Of a DNA stretch of 64,000 bases, positions 25,401-37,758 are shown piece by piece; position 1 is the first letter of the stretch; each line of letters begins with the position of its first letter. Below the pieces are notes generated by a model. That model made no database searches. It was not told the DNA's origin and worked only from the letters and a program-made list of their open reading frames with translations. The DNA is from Hyphochytrium catenoides. Taxonomy: Eukaryota > Protista > Hyphochytriomycota. Location of the stretch: assembly GCA_900088475.1 (NCBI GenBank), contig FLMG01000350.1, positions 207,216-271,215 of the forward strand, given 5' to 3'. Position numbers and translations under genes: made by a program.

Positions 25401-25901
25401 GGTACTGGACGATGGTACTTCCAGCCTTCTAGCTGCAGCTTCATATTCAACGATCGAGTCTGGGTTGGGAGCTGATGGCTCAATAGCAAATTTCTCCGCG
25501 TTATCCGTGCTCTTATCTGCTGAGTTCGAGTTCCTCCTCTCAGACGGGGTCGAACTGTCTCTTCCTCTCGTAGACTTTGGTCCCAATGACGTCTCCACCA
25601 AGAGAGCTGCTGGATCCAAGGCCCAATACAATTTGCCTGGCCATGGCCATGTATCGACCTTCATCAAGCAGCTGGCGCCAATCAATTGCGTGCAACACAG
25701 CGCGGACTTATTACAAGGATTTCAAAGTGCTTCACTAACTTAACTGGCAGGTTCGAGCTCGATCAGTTGCCTTTGAACAGTTTTAACAGATTGTGCGGTT
25801 GTGGAATCAACTCATTCTCATGGGTGCGCTTTCAAACAGTTAGGAAGAGTACGAAAGCTCTTGGCGAAACCACCCTAACCCTAAGGCGAGCAGACGAATG
25901 A
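22494..25901 (+). CDS. Cdc24 OB-fold family nucleic-acid-binding protein (fission-yeast Cdc24 / plant At3g17030-like); multi-exon, both ends approximate
   Basis: VPWSWLCET/VIQLLENYPGGVTETIILTELASSW, ELHLHQRF, RGLPTEYMVFELD, VLWDEQAECLNELFKEGDILVV, MEYGSATVLLVVP and LDFQNYPDRLFIDDL match motifs I recall for this family, in the expected order. Confidence 0.7.
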
Positions 25902-27286
25902 GGACTTCGTGCCAAGTCACCGGCTTTCTTGCCCTGCACAAGCGTCCACTACGTCAAGGTCCCATCTCTCCAAGTGAAAACACGACGAAGGGGTTGTCTC
26001 CTGTTCACTTATCCATGGCACAACCGAATGGCATTCAGTTTCCCATACCTTCTCGTTGGTAGGAAGTATAAAGAGGCTAACTCTGTCTTTTATCGCGACC
26101 GCATGGCAGTCATTCCTCTTCTACTCCTTCCCTATATATGCCGCTGTCTTGCGCTGACTTGCATGGTGCTGCTACGAGGATTAGGTGAGCCAAGGGCTCT
26201 GGTCAGGCGCCGTGATGGCAATGCCCGCTAGGGCCCTGTATGAGTATAGGACCATTGAAGTTACGGGTAGCGTTGGCCTCCCTCCCCTCTTTGAAGAGGC
26301 TTACTAAACTTGTTACGGCTCTATTCTTTACGTTCACTTCGCTCATGCACATTTGACTTCTTTGTTCCTTTTCATTACGTCTGGTGCAGCTCCTTGACCA
26401 CCGCATCCTCAACCCCTCTGCCATGTCGCGGCATGCCCTTACCAAGGCCAGCCAAAAGATAACGTCGCAACCCGGGCGGCTGCATCATGAATATGGCGGC
26501 GGGCACGCGGGATGGGCCAACTACTTCGTTCCAGAAGAGTCCCGAGAATCAAATCAATGCTCGCACTGACAATAGAGCTGTGCCTTCAAGTTGGGTCCAT
26601 CGCATTGCATCTCTTCAATGAAAAACACCCCACATTGATGTAGAAACTCCCTCATCGAACTACAAGTAGATCAGCGCCGCTGCTGCTGCCTGCATCTTCA
26701 CAAATGACAAATGACGCAGATACACCGCTTGGGTCGTTGTAGTAGTAGGTGGTGTATGTGCTGGATACAGAAGGGAGCAAAGAAGAGCCGATAATAGTAG
26801 TAGTAACCCCAATAATGTATGTAAACATAACCCATATATGGGTACTGCTTTCAAGTAGTAATATCCCCTGTCGCATCCTGACAGAGGCCGCATATCTTTT
26901 GGTCCCTTCTTCGCCCATAGAAGTTCCACGGCATCTCCTTTCCTCTGCCTCATCACTCATCACACATCTAGAGACAGTAGTATCTCTGTCTCTGGCCTCC
27001 AGTGATTCTGTCTTGGTGCCTTCTGGCTTAATGTATACTTAACTACAGTGACAAAATATCTCTCTTCTGCTCCTCTTATATCTCTTGAACAATGAGACCA
27101 CTCGACAACTCTGTCTTCAGAGCATTCTCTGGAATTTTTACCCTATGTTCCGTCTGTCTCTACCGCAAAATTTACGAGCTTCCGTTCATCCGTGACGAGC
27201 TGGCTCCTTATTTGTGCTTCCCAATCTTCTGGCGAGCTTCTGAAGTTAGAGTGCAGGCGCAGGCTCCAGGCCCCGTCAGAGATAAG

Positions 27287-29221
27287 ATGATTATCTTGGC
27301 CTCGGCGCTAGTCATCCTGTCATCAGAGAGCTTGCGCACGGCGATTGAGCTGCTCTTCGCAGAGCTATCGGCGATGCTAGCGGAGAACTTCACGGCGGTG
27401 CTGGGAGGAATTATCCTCTGCAGCACTCTGCTGGGAACAATCCAGGTTCTGCCGCGCCCTTATGCTATGCCTAAAAGCGCCTCTATGCTTGGGTTGGCGA
27501 GCTCTGCGGGTGAGCTTAACGATTTACAGCCACGAGGAAGAGACAAACCACTAAAGCGATATTGCAGTTTTGCTTGCTCCTACGGTCTTGGCATTTCAGG
27601 AGATTGATGTCAACATGCTTCCAAACCTTGGAACTTTCAAGCTGAATTTGCCAGAGCACGTTACGGAGTGGCTAGACAAGGTGGACCGGTCTACCTGGTT
27701 GCTGCCATACTGGAACCACATGCTGGTGAGGCGGAAGAACGTTTGCCAGTTTTTTTAACAGTACACTCGAACTTAGCGGTGACACTCTCCTATGGGTCTT
27801 TGTGCTTCGCGAACCTCTTCTAATATCTTGCGGAGGACTCACGGGCTTGTCTTTCTCTCTCAGGACAACTTCACTGATTTTCAGATTATGTCACTGGGAA
27901 CTTTCATACTCCATGAGCTCATCTACTTCAGCGCTTGGGTCCCCTACATCCTTATTGATCAAATTCCTGCCTTCAAGCGCTATAAAATTCAAGAGGTAGG
28001 CCTCTTCCCTACCAGCTATTCTCCCAATCCTTGAACAGCTCTACTACACAGGCCTTTCCTTGACCTCATTCTTCCCTTCGTCTCCTAGTCTTGACATTTG
28101 AAAGGTTCAACCTGGTTCTCTTGCCTTCTTTCTTCTCGCCTTCTCTGACCAGACTCATGTATGACCTTTCATAATCGCCCGGCAGAGGCGTCCCAATACT
28201 TGGAAGCAGACGTGGAAATGCCTCAAGCAGCTTGCCATCAGCCACACGCTCATTCAGTTCCCGATGATCCTTTTCACCAAGTGGGGTCTCCAACACCTCG
28301 GCTTTACTATGGATACCCCTTTGCCGCGCCTGTAAGGCAACACCACATGCTTGACATTAGGTCAAATCAGCGTCTGATCAAGTTGCCCTATTCTTTCGTG
28401 CTTGATCGCTCATCTTTAACTATACATGGTATCTCCTTTAGATCGGAGATCCTGCCTAAAGTGCTGGGCTGCTTCATCATCGAAGACTTTTACTTCTATT
28501 GGCTCCATCGCTTCCTGCACTGGAAGAAAATCTACAAGTACATCCACAAAGGTAACCCCTCTCTGCTTTACCCTTCTGGTATCTCTTCACCTAACTTGTC
28601 GCGCAATGGTTACGCTGTAATGCCATCCCTTGCCTTGCACAGTGCACCACGAGCATGCAGCTCCGTTTGGCATTGCTGCAGAATATGCTCACCCGGTAGA
28701 GACTATGCTATTGGGAGTTGGCACGATTCTCGGTCCGTTATTCTTCACGCGACACTTGTTAACCTTGTGGGTGTGGCTTGCGTGCCGTCTCCTGGAGACG
28801 GTCGAGGACCACTCCGGTTATGAGCTTCCGTGGAACCCTTCCAACTTTTTTCCGTTCTGGGGAGGTAAGAGGACTGCTCGTGCAGCTTGGCCTTTGATGC
28901 CTAGGGGACTATGGACATTGACATCGATGTTTCTATAGGCTCCGTCCACCACGACTTCCACCATAAGAACTTTGAAGGGAACTACGCTTCGGTCTTTACT
29001 ATCTGGGATCGTATCTTTGGCACCGACGTGGACTTCAGGGTGGACCAGGTACCGCATATAATCAGTCTTGCTCTATCGTGTCCATCGACATCACCGGTTA
29101 GTTGACTCGCGTTGTGATTGGACAGAGTGCCAAGAGGGCAGTGGGGAAGTCCATGTGGAAGGATGGGTTCGATAGGCTGAGCCTTGCCCCAGCTGTCGTT
29201 GTGTCAAAGAAGCAGCTATAG
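27287..29221 (+). CDS. ERG25: Sterol 4-alpha-methyl oxidase (fatty acid hydroxylase superfamily); multi-exon, start uncertain
   Basis: [27 protein letters not shown]; His boxes [42 protein letters not shown] and HHDFHH; C-terminal KKQL ER-retrieval signal. Confidence 0.92.
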
Positions 29222-29419
29222 CGCACAGAGTTCAAATTGTTCTTACTTACAAAGAGAAGTAAAGCGATCGCTATCTAGTGCACCAAGATAACGCTGGGGC
29301 CTCTCTCATTCTGACGGGAAGTGGTCGGCAAACACCATTAAGGGCAGGAGGAGGGATAGGTGACGTTAACAGAGCCGTGAGGAAGGATGGAGGAATGGTT
29401 CTAAGAAATAGCAGATCCC

Positions 29420-31705
29420 TTAGAGCTTGGAGTTGACGTTCATCCTCGCCTCGAAAGTCTCGATGCGCTCCCTCAAGCTCTCCGAATTGTCATCTCCCGA
29501 GCTCACAGAGTCACGTTCTAGCTCATTCGCTTCAGAGCAGTACAAGTCCAAAAGGAATGAGACCGCGGCGTCGCCCAACGCGAACGTTCTCGGTGATGGG
29601 ACGCAGGCAAAGACATGATGGGTCCCTACAGAACGTGTCGCCTTAGTTTCATGTGCAATGCCACTGCAATGTAAAAGCAACCAGGCATCTTCTCTGGCGC
29701 GATTGCAAGCCAAACCCACGATCTGGCTAGGTTTCGTCCCAAAAGCCAACCTTGAGTTGAAGCATTGTCCCTTTAAACACTCTCTGTGTATCTCTGAGCT
29801 TGCCCATTGCCATATCGGGTTATTTTCCACCTCTTGAGTCCTTATCCTTTGCCCGTGGTTGTTGGCTGCACGGTTACCTCTGCTGCTATCTACGCGGGAA
29901 TGCGCTTACCGGGTATCTCGATGTATACGTCCTTGACATGTATTTGTCCTGCCTCTTGCCGGGCTACCTTCAGTTGATAATGAAACTCTCGAGAATCCTC
30001 CACGGGGACCAATGTGTCAAGAGCGCCGTGAACTGTCATAATAGGAGGAATTTTCTTTCGCTTGACCTCGGAGATTAAGGCAATTGGAGAGGCTGCATCA
30101 AACTCTTCCTTAGCACTGGAGAGTCGTTGTTGGATCACAAAGCGCTGGATAAACCTGAATGACCGACAGGAGGTAACAGGATTAGCGAGTAGCGAAAAGC
30201 AGGCTTCGTACAGATAAACAAAAGGTAGCGCTTGTGTTGGAAGCCTCAAGGTTGTTATCTGCCTCTTACTTGACGAAACCGTCATTTAAACGCGAGGAAT
30301 GGAAGCCATTCCTGTCTGCTAGATCGTGGACTCCGAATAGATCAATGCAGCCCTTGATCGTGGTGTCCACGTCCTCAAAGCCAGGCTAGGCAGATAGGAG
30401 AGGCGGTTGATAGATTAGAACGTGAGGAAATGACACAAAGATGGCAGTGGCAGACTGAAAGGTCTCGGAAACGCTGCACTAAGTAGACGGCGCCCAACCT
30501 GATATATAGGGTTGTTAGCGCTGAAGGCCATCATGAGCGCCAAGTGGCCACCTGCTGACTCTCCTCCAGTCACGATAAAGTTAGGGTTCGCTGCAGATGA
30601 AGCAGGAGGGTCAGAATCATATTTGACACACTGAAGGGTCAGGAATGAAGGTATGCACTTTCATCTGAGGGAATTGGCTAGGCCATTACCTTGAAGCAGG
30701 GATTTGCCGTGTTGCCTAATGAAGGCGACAGCTCTCTTGCAATCAATCAACTGCGCGGGGTAACTAGAACGCGGTGCCAGACGATAGTCAATGGCGCACA
30801 CTACCCAGCCCGCCCTTGCCACTTCGTAGAGGAAAGGGATCATGGCAAAACTGCGAGTGCCCACGACCCATCCTCCTCCTATAAGTAATGGAGTAAGCAT
30901 CAGCTTCAATGTAGGCATAACTAGCATTATCCCTGACAGAAGCACTAGCAACGCCCGCTATGCGAGGGGATAGAGTAACCCGGAACAGACAGATGAAGTT
31001 GTCCTTCGAGGCTCAGAAGAGGTATTAGATGACAAGACACAAGGGATGTAGGTACCGAAGAAGAGAACGTATCCGCACCGTGAATATAGAGCAAGACTGG
31101 GGCGTTCCGAGGGCAGTGTTTGGATTTGTACACATCCATCTTCAGTTGCACCTTTCCTACTGTGGCAAAGACCACACCTCGTCTAACAGTAACATCCTTC
31201 GACATTAGAGGATATAGCGGAACGAGACAGAGGAAGAGGCGGTAAAGGGAGAGAGAGCCAAGGTTGGCCAATGGCTGGATTCCCGTCTGTGCCAGAGTGT
31301 CGCGGAAATACATCCTTGCTTGGAAGCTGTGGGTGAGGATATTCCAATATCTCGATGTAGATCTCACGGACAGCAAGAGCGCTAAGAGCCCAGGGATGCT
31401 GCCAATCGTGCTGGGATACTTTCGCAAGTAATGACCCAAAGCCAGTATATTGGCCAGGAGAAAGTAGTGGGACATCTCCGAGGGGATAAGCGATAACCAC
31501 ATGTCTACGAAGGTCTAAAAATAGGCAAGATAACGACGGTAGGGTGAGAATGGGCACAGGCGAGCGGGCATGGCCGGCACACCTGTTTATGGGGGAGCCT
31601 GTGGCGAGCCAGCCAAGAAAGCTTCGTCATGGCGATCGTAAGAGCCAGAAAAATCCATGCCGGAGCCTTCTGGCCTAGCCTTCGAGTTATCATTGTTACC
31701 GGCAT
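29420..31705 (-). CDS. Hormone-sensitive-lipase family alpha/beta-hydrolase esterase with N-terminal membrane segment and C-terminal PTS1 (SKL); multi-exon
   Basis: PVLLYIHG/GGW oxyanion motif, AIDYRLAP, GESAGGHLA nucleophile (30540-30570), HGALDTLVP, EIPG/THHVF; ends ...MNVNSKL*. Confidence 0.9.
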
Positions 31706-32014
31706 CTTGAAGTTTCCCCCAAAAGCAGCAGCACTAGCAACTAATATTTGGAGGCCGGGAGGCTTGCTGATCAAATTCAGGAGGTTCCTACGGCGCCTCA
31801 GAGGCCTCCAGAGGTTAGTGAAGGCGAAGATTTTGCAGCGCCGCGCCGTCAGTGCTAAAGTTGAAGAGATCCGCAAGAAGATATTCGAAGAGAAGAACGC
31901 CGGGTTCTACAGAGGAGAAAGGGTAATTGTAAGAGGTGGTGATGATTCTTCCACTGTCATCTTAGGTGGCTGAGAATGAGGAAGGATTACTCGGAAACAG
32001 GACAATCCTCTCTT

Positions 32015-32075
32015 GCTCTCTCTCTCTCTCTCTCTCNNNNNNNNNNNNNNNNNNNNNNNNNNNNNNNNNNNNNNN
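32015..32075. repeat. (TC)n microsatellite running into an assembly gap (N 32037-32075)
   Basis: ctctctctctc tract directly followed by an n run. Confidence 0.9.
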
Positions 32076-33106
32076 CCTCACTCCCGCACCTTCAATCAGA
32101 GCAGAAGAGTGACCTCTGCAGCTCAGAAGGGACTAGACTCCGAAACGAGGTCCCTACCCTGAGGCCGCCCCCTTAGAATCCTAAAGCTACTCCATTTACC
32201 TACACTCATAACGGGGGTAGAGTCCCCCACCCAACCCACCTTCATAACCTGCGAACACGCCCAATTCTTCTTCAACTTGGGGTTGGAAGCACCAATATTA
32301 CGAATTAGCATGCGTTATGTGGCTTCTGTAAGGAATACGTTATGCTTGGCTGTCCTTATCCTTCATCTGAAGACTTTTGCTGTTGGGGCTACACCGTACC
32401 AGCGGCTCTGTCTGTGAAGAGCTTGTGTCCCTCTATGGTCCGTGATGTCCAAACACCCTTGCATTGACCCTCGAGAGAGGTTGGTGGGGACAGGTGCTGG
32501 TTCCGCAGTCCAATGGACATTGCAGATTGTTTCTACAACTGCAACTGAAGAGGTTTCAAGAGCTGACCTGGCTTCTGTTTGGTCGTTCTTCTGGCCGGGA
32601 TGGTGGTGCGGGTGAGTAGTTCTAGTAGTTCCAATGGCAAGCAGATCTCTTCTTCACTTGAAGATGGATGGAGTTGATCCCACTGCTGCTTTGGTGGTTG
32701 TTGGCTGGGATGCTGGATGTCCAGCAGAAATAGTCAAATAGTGCATGACATTCGTCCGTCCCTTAGATTAAGATGGTTAGCGAGGAATGGCTGGAACAGA
32801 TTGGCCTCAGGATCTTATTTGTGGCAAAATTAATGCTTTTACTACGTGTTGACTCACCTAGACCAAAGGAGTCGAATACTGCTGGAGCAGATAACTCTAA
32901 GTAACTCCACTTCACCTGTGTTCAACTATTTATCAGAGAGCTAAGGTAGGGGTCATGGAAGAGGGATGGGACAATGATTTGTTATAGTGTGGATTGCCCA
33001 CAGCTGGTATGTTACGAAAAATATGGATGAACTGAGCTAAGTTATGACTGAGAATGTGATGGTGGTTATCACAACCTAACAGCAGTGATGATGGCCACTT
33101 CAAAGT

Positions 33107-34312
33107 CTAAGAGTGCTTTGCCATATCCTCCTCATTGAGGGTCTTACGTAGCGACTCCACCTGAGCAACGTGCGCATCGACTAGGGGGTCCATAATTGCG
33201 AACCAGAGTGGAGGCACAAGCGCCAGAAGAGACATTCCTGCATAGCCAGTGGGAAGATTGGGAGACTCATCAAAAGACCGCAGAATTTGGTATCGCCGGT
33301 AAGGATACGCATGATGATCGGAGTGCCGCTGGAGTTTAAAGAGGAAGTAGTTCGTGATGCGCATATTGGCGTTCCAGGAATGGATGGGACGGACCCGCTC
33401 CCATTGTCCGTTGGCAAGCTTGATCCTCTCAAGCCCATAGTGCTCCACGTAGTTAATAACCTCTAGAAGTGAAAAGCCGATGAAGCTCTGGGCAAAGAAG
33501 AAGAGTCCAGCGGCTGGACCAAACGCTACGACGAGAGCAAGAGCAATGACAATAGGACCCACAGTGTACCCAATCATGGCATTATGATAGGGATGATAAG
33601 CAGACTTTCCGAGCTTCGCAAGACGCTTGAACTCGATGTTCCAGGCACTCATGTAGGAGCCAACCACCGATTGCTTCCAGAAGTTGTAGAAAGACTGGCC
33701 CTTTCGTGCAGTAGCTGGGTCATTGGGAGTCGCCACGTTCCAATGATGACCATGCACATGCTCAATTTGGAAGTGTGCGTATGAGGTGAACAGTAGCGTC
33801 AGCTTTGCTAAGAAAGGCTCCAAAGTGGTGCGCTTGTGCCCAAGTTCATGGGCGACATTGATGGCCAGACCAGAGCAGATCCCGACACCTAGAAAAAGCC
33901 CAATTACCTCGGAAATAGTCATGGGAACTGTAGCCGCGTAGTAGCATCCGCCAAGGACGCAGGTGATATATGCAAGGGGCCATAGGCACGTTGCCACCTG
34001 ATACCGCACCTGCTTCTCCAGCACCTTTGCCTGGTTGGGAGTCGGATTGAGCTCGAGGTGAGGGACGATAAAATCCAGGAGCGGAATGACCCCAAACGTC
34101 ACGACGAGGGTTGAATAGTGCCATACTCCGCCTTCTACCATGCCCAGTGCAACAAAGCACGGAATAGTGTACACAAGGAGATAGGGGAGAAGGCTGAAAT
34201 CATCCACACTTTTGGCATAGTTAGAGACAGTTGAAAACGGGGCCACGTAGGCTTTCTTCACAGCATCCTGCTGGGTCGTGGATGTTGCTATCGCCGTCGC
34301 CATCAGAACCAT
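33107..34312 (-). CDS. alkB: Alkane 1-monooxygenase (integral-membrane non-heme diiron AlkB); single uninterrupted ORF
   Basis: All four AlkB signature boxes are present: AHELGHK, EHVHGHH..VATP.DPATAR.G, NYVEHYGL (HYG motif) and LQRHSDHHA...YQ.LR...P.LP.GY. It also has FGVIPLLD in TM2, HSWN, and about six hydrophobic segments. Confidence 0.95.
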   Translation of the reverse strand: MVLMATAIATSTTQQDAVKKAYVAPFSTVSNYAKSVDDFSLLPYLLVYTIPCFVALGMVEGGVWHYSTLVVTFGVIPLLDFIVPHLELNPTPNQAKVLEKQVRYQVATCLWPLAYITCVLGGCYYAATVPMTISEVIGLFLGVGICSGLAINVAHELGHKRTTLEPFLAKLTLLFTSYAHFQIEHVHGHHWNVATPNDPATARKGQSFYNFWKQSVVGSYMSAWNIEFKRLAKLGKSAYHPYHNAMIGYTVGPIVIALALVVAFGPAAGLFFFAQSFIGFSLLEVINYVEHYGLERIKLANGQWERVRPIHSWNANMRITNYFLFKLQRHSDHHAYPYRRYQILRSFDESPNLPTGYAGMSLLALVPPLWFAIMDPLVDAHVAQVESLRKTLNEEDMAKHS

Positions 34313-35682
34313 ACGCTCACCAGGCTTCAGGGCCTGTGGATGGATGTCTTATCGTGAGCGTGGTAAGTCTCGTTCTGCGGGGAAAGCGTAGTTGTAGCAA
34401 CACCCTTAGGAGCTGTCAAATTGCCGTGCGGCATAGTAGAACTTTGGGGTGATTTTCCATGCTAACGAACCTCTTCCCAGCCTCTGTTTCTCACTCTCTT
34501 CTCTGTCTCCTTCTTCTACTCTCGAGCGTGAACTTGGCACTGGTAGTGCCGCCTCATCAGTAGAAAGAATAACAACTCCTCTTTGTATCTACTCCTTTGT
34601 TACGAGGACCTGCTGGGGCGGACCTCGACTTTTTCTCTCAATGCGCAGAATCCCCTTACCATGGACTCTCCCTTGCAATGTTAGCGCTTCAGATAAAGAG
34701 ACGGACCAAGTAGAACATCCTTCCTGACATCACCAATCCGCGACTCTCAAACAGGCAAGTAGTCCCCCATCGCGATGGGCTACATGCTCTAGAACTCTCG
34801 ATGGCTAAAGTCTTACGACCACTGTCGCAATACGGCCAAGAGAATACCTTGTCATGGGCCAAACAAGCCATGTTATTTGGGATGCATTGGGCAGGGATAG
34901 AGTCCTGTAGTCAATAATAAAAAGATCCTTCTTATCTTTCTAGAAATAAGGTCTCTGGCCTGTGATTGGCTGGTGAGGGCAAGTTGCCTGTGACTAGTGT
35001 CAAGCTTGCCGCTTCCTGATTGGCCAAAGGACAAACAACAAATAATACGCCGAGACGAGCGCCGCTAAACTATCTACTGTGCAGTTCAGAGGGCACAGTA
35101 ATAACACAACCTGTGACTGCCAGTGCTCCACAACCTCCTAGTGGTTCTCCCAATCACTAAGCTTGCCTATAGCCTTGCCTATAGTCGCAGCTTCATCATG
35201 ATGATCCGCTGCGGGCCATTGAGAGTTGAACAACCGCTCAAAGAGCTCCAGGTGGCGCAATCGACTCTGTCTTCCCCTTTCTTCTCCTCCTACTTGTAAG
35301 TAGAAGTTCCTCTCTCACGAATACCGGCCTGGAACGTTAAACCAGCAGCCTACTTGCCCACCTTCATCTAGCCTTTGTAGTTCTAGCACATGACCAAAAT
35401 CGGATGGCATAAAGTCTGATGTCGATCGAACAAAACTTTCATGTTCCAAGAAGCACACTGCTGAAACTCAGCGATGTCAGAGGTGCTTTCAGGTTCCATA
35501 ATCTGAAACAAATTGCCCTGCGGTCCGCGCATTCAACCATGGGTCTAGTAAAGATCATGCCCAAGCTCGACGGGCAGTAGAGCTCCCCACAAGTGTAACA
35601 AAGCAAGACCTTTACACTGATTCATTGATTCATTGAAGAGACAGTCACCGTTCACACGTATCAGTCTTAGACTAGAAAAATG

Positions 35683-37758
35683 CTAGTTTTGCCAGTTTAG
35701 GCTTCGCTCAACAGCGTCGTTCCATCTTTGATAGAGATGATCTCTTTCGGTAGAACTCATGAGTGGCTTGAATTCTCTGTCCTTTCTCCAGTTTTCCCGG
35801 AGCTGTACTCCATCTTTCCAGAAACCTACAGCCAGACCCGCTGCGTAGGCTGCTCCGAGCGCTGTAGTCTCCGCCACTTTCGGTCTGACGACGTTGACTC
35901 CAAGAATGTCCGCCTGAAATTGCATACACAAGGAGTTCGCTGTCATGCCACCGTCTACTTTCAGTGTGGTAAGTGCGACACCACTGTCTTCCTTCATCGC
36001 GTCTACTACCTCCCTCGCCTGATAGCACACAGCTTCAAGAGCTGCTCGACAAATATGGTTCTTGTTGGTGTAGGCTGTCATCCCCACTAAGCATCCACGA
36101 GCATCCTGGCGCCAACGAGGAGCGAAGAGCCCAGCGAATGCGGGCACAAAGTACACTCCCCCATTATCTTTCACCGTCCTAGCAAACGCTTCCACCTGCG
36201 CGGCATTTGAGATGAGACCGAGGTTGTCGCGGAGCCACTGAATGAGAGAACCCGCCACAGCAATTGAGCCTTCAAGTGCGTATACACAAGGCAGATTTCC
36301 AATCTTGTACCCCACTATAGAGAAAAACAAGCCAAAGCAGTCATTTGTTAGGAGGTGAGGACTTAGCATGGCTGTCAAGCCAACAGGATTAATTTGTCAC
36401 TCACCGGTGGTCAAGAGCCCATGCTTGCTGGGGACTATCGATGTCCCTGTGTTCAATATAAAGAAGCATCCAGTCCCGTAAGTATTCTTTCCCTCACCAG
36501 GAGTTAGGCACGTCTGCCCAAATAATGCCGCTTGCTGGTCACCAAGTATGCCAGAGATCTTGACCCCCAGCAGCCCAGAGTCTGGGCTGCCAAGGCCATA
36601 GATCTCGGATGAAGACAGAATCTTTGGTAGCATTTGTCGTGGGACCTTAAAGTTCTCCAGAAGCTCCGTGCACCAATCTAGAGTCTTCAAGTCCATTAAT
36701 AAGGTACGGGAAGCGTTAGAGACATCTGTGGCATGGACACCGCCGTTTGGCCCGCCGGTGAGGTTCCATAAGAGCCACGAGTCGATTGTCCCAAAAAGGG
36801 CATGACCAGCCTCAGCAAGCTCCCGCAAGCCTTCAACGTTCTCCAGCAGCCATTTTAGCTTAAGTCCAGAGAAATAGACCGAAAGTGGCAAGCCAGTGAC
36901 TGCATAAATATCGCGTTGAGTCAGACAACTGCTCTACATATGGGCTGACGAGAACAACCAAGAAGCTAACTTACTTGACCGGAATCTGCCAGCATCGTTA
37001 CCAGGAAAGTGTGGACCCTCCCCCTCGCAGAACCTCTTGACGAGATCAGATGTACGGGTATCATGCCACACAATGGCATTGTGAAGCGGCTGGCCGGTAC
37101 GCTTATCCCAGACGACGGTTGTTTCTCTCTGATTGGTGATCCCACAAGCGGCCAGTCTATTGATAAAGGCAGCGAGGAAAGTATATTATGTCATGGACAC
37201 GAGTTGGCAACGCCTAGCGCAGCCAGCTAGAACCTACCTATCGGCTGAAATGCCTATGTGAGCCAGCGCCTCCACGATACAGGTTCTGGTATTGGCAAGG
37301 ATCTCAAGGGGATCATGCTCACACCAGCCTGCCTGAGGGTAGATCTGGCCATGCTCCAACTGATGAGAGGAGCAGATCTCGCCTGCGTGATTGAAGACAA
37401 TGAACCTTGTACTTGTGGTGCCTTGGTCTATAGCTCCCACATAGAATTGATCGTGCGCTTCAGTAGAAACCTTGCCGTTTTCTGTGGAATGCCTCGGTGC
37501 CGTCGTTTGAAGGATAAAGTCGGTCATGATGTTCCGTTTCCCAGAGAAAACTTGATATTGAAGTCGCGAGACTGGAGCACTATTGCGCAAAGAGCCTGTC
37601 TTTGATGAGAGTTTTCTTTCGCAGGCCCCGGGGAGTTTAGAACTGAGATGTATCCTCCTCTGTGGCAACGCGCCAACAACAGCCACTCGCTGAAATCTTA
37701 TTGTGGCTCCACTATTGACTGTCCTGCTACAAGTCCAAGTCCGAACAAGGTAATGCAT
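35683..37758 (-). CDS. glpK: Glycerol kinase; 4 exons; second in-frame ATG at 37527
   Basis: [109 protein letters not shown]. Confidence 0.97.

Noticed and set aside
25872-25885. accctaaccctaa telomere-like repeat
   Set aside because: Only two units, inside probable coding or 3' sequence; expected by chance.
32300-32760. Minus-strand stretch with a gag/protease-like flavour
   Set aside because: No diagnostic motif; interrupted by stops.
34268-34460. GTGAGC donor-like site just upstream of the AlkB ATG, suggesting an extra coding exon
   Set aside because: The phase-0 upstream frame has a TGA a few codons before the donor, so at most this is a 5'UTR intron.
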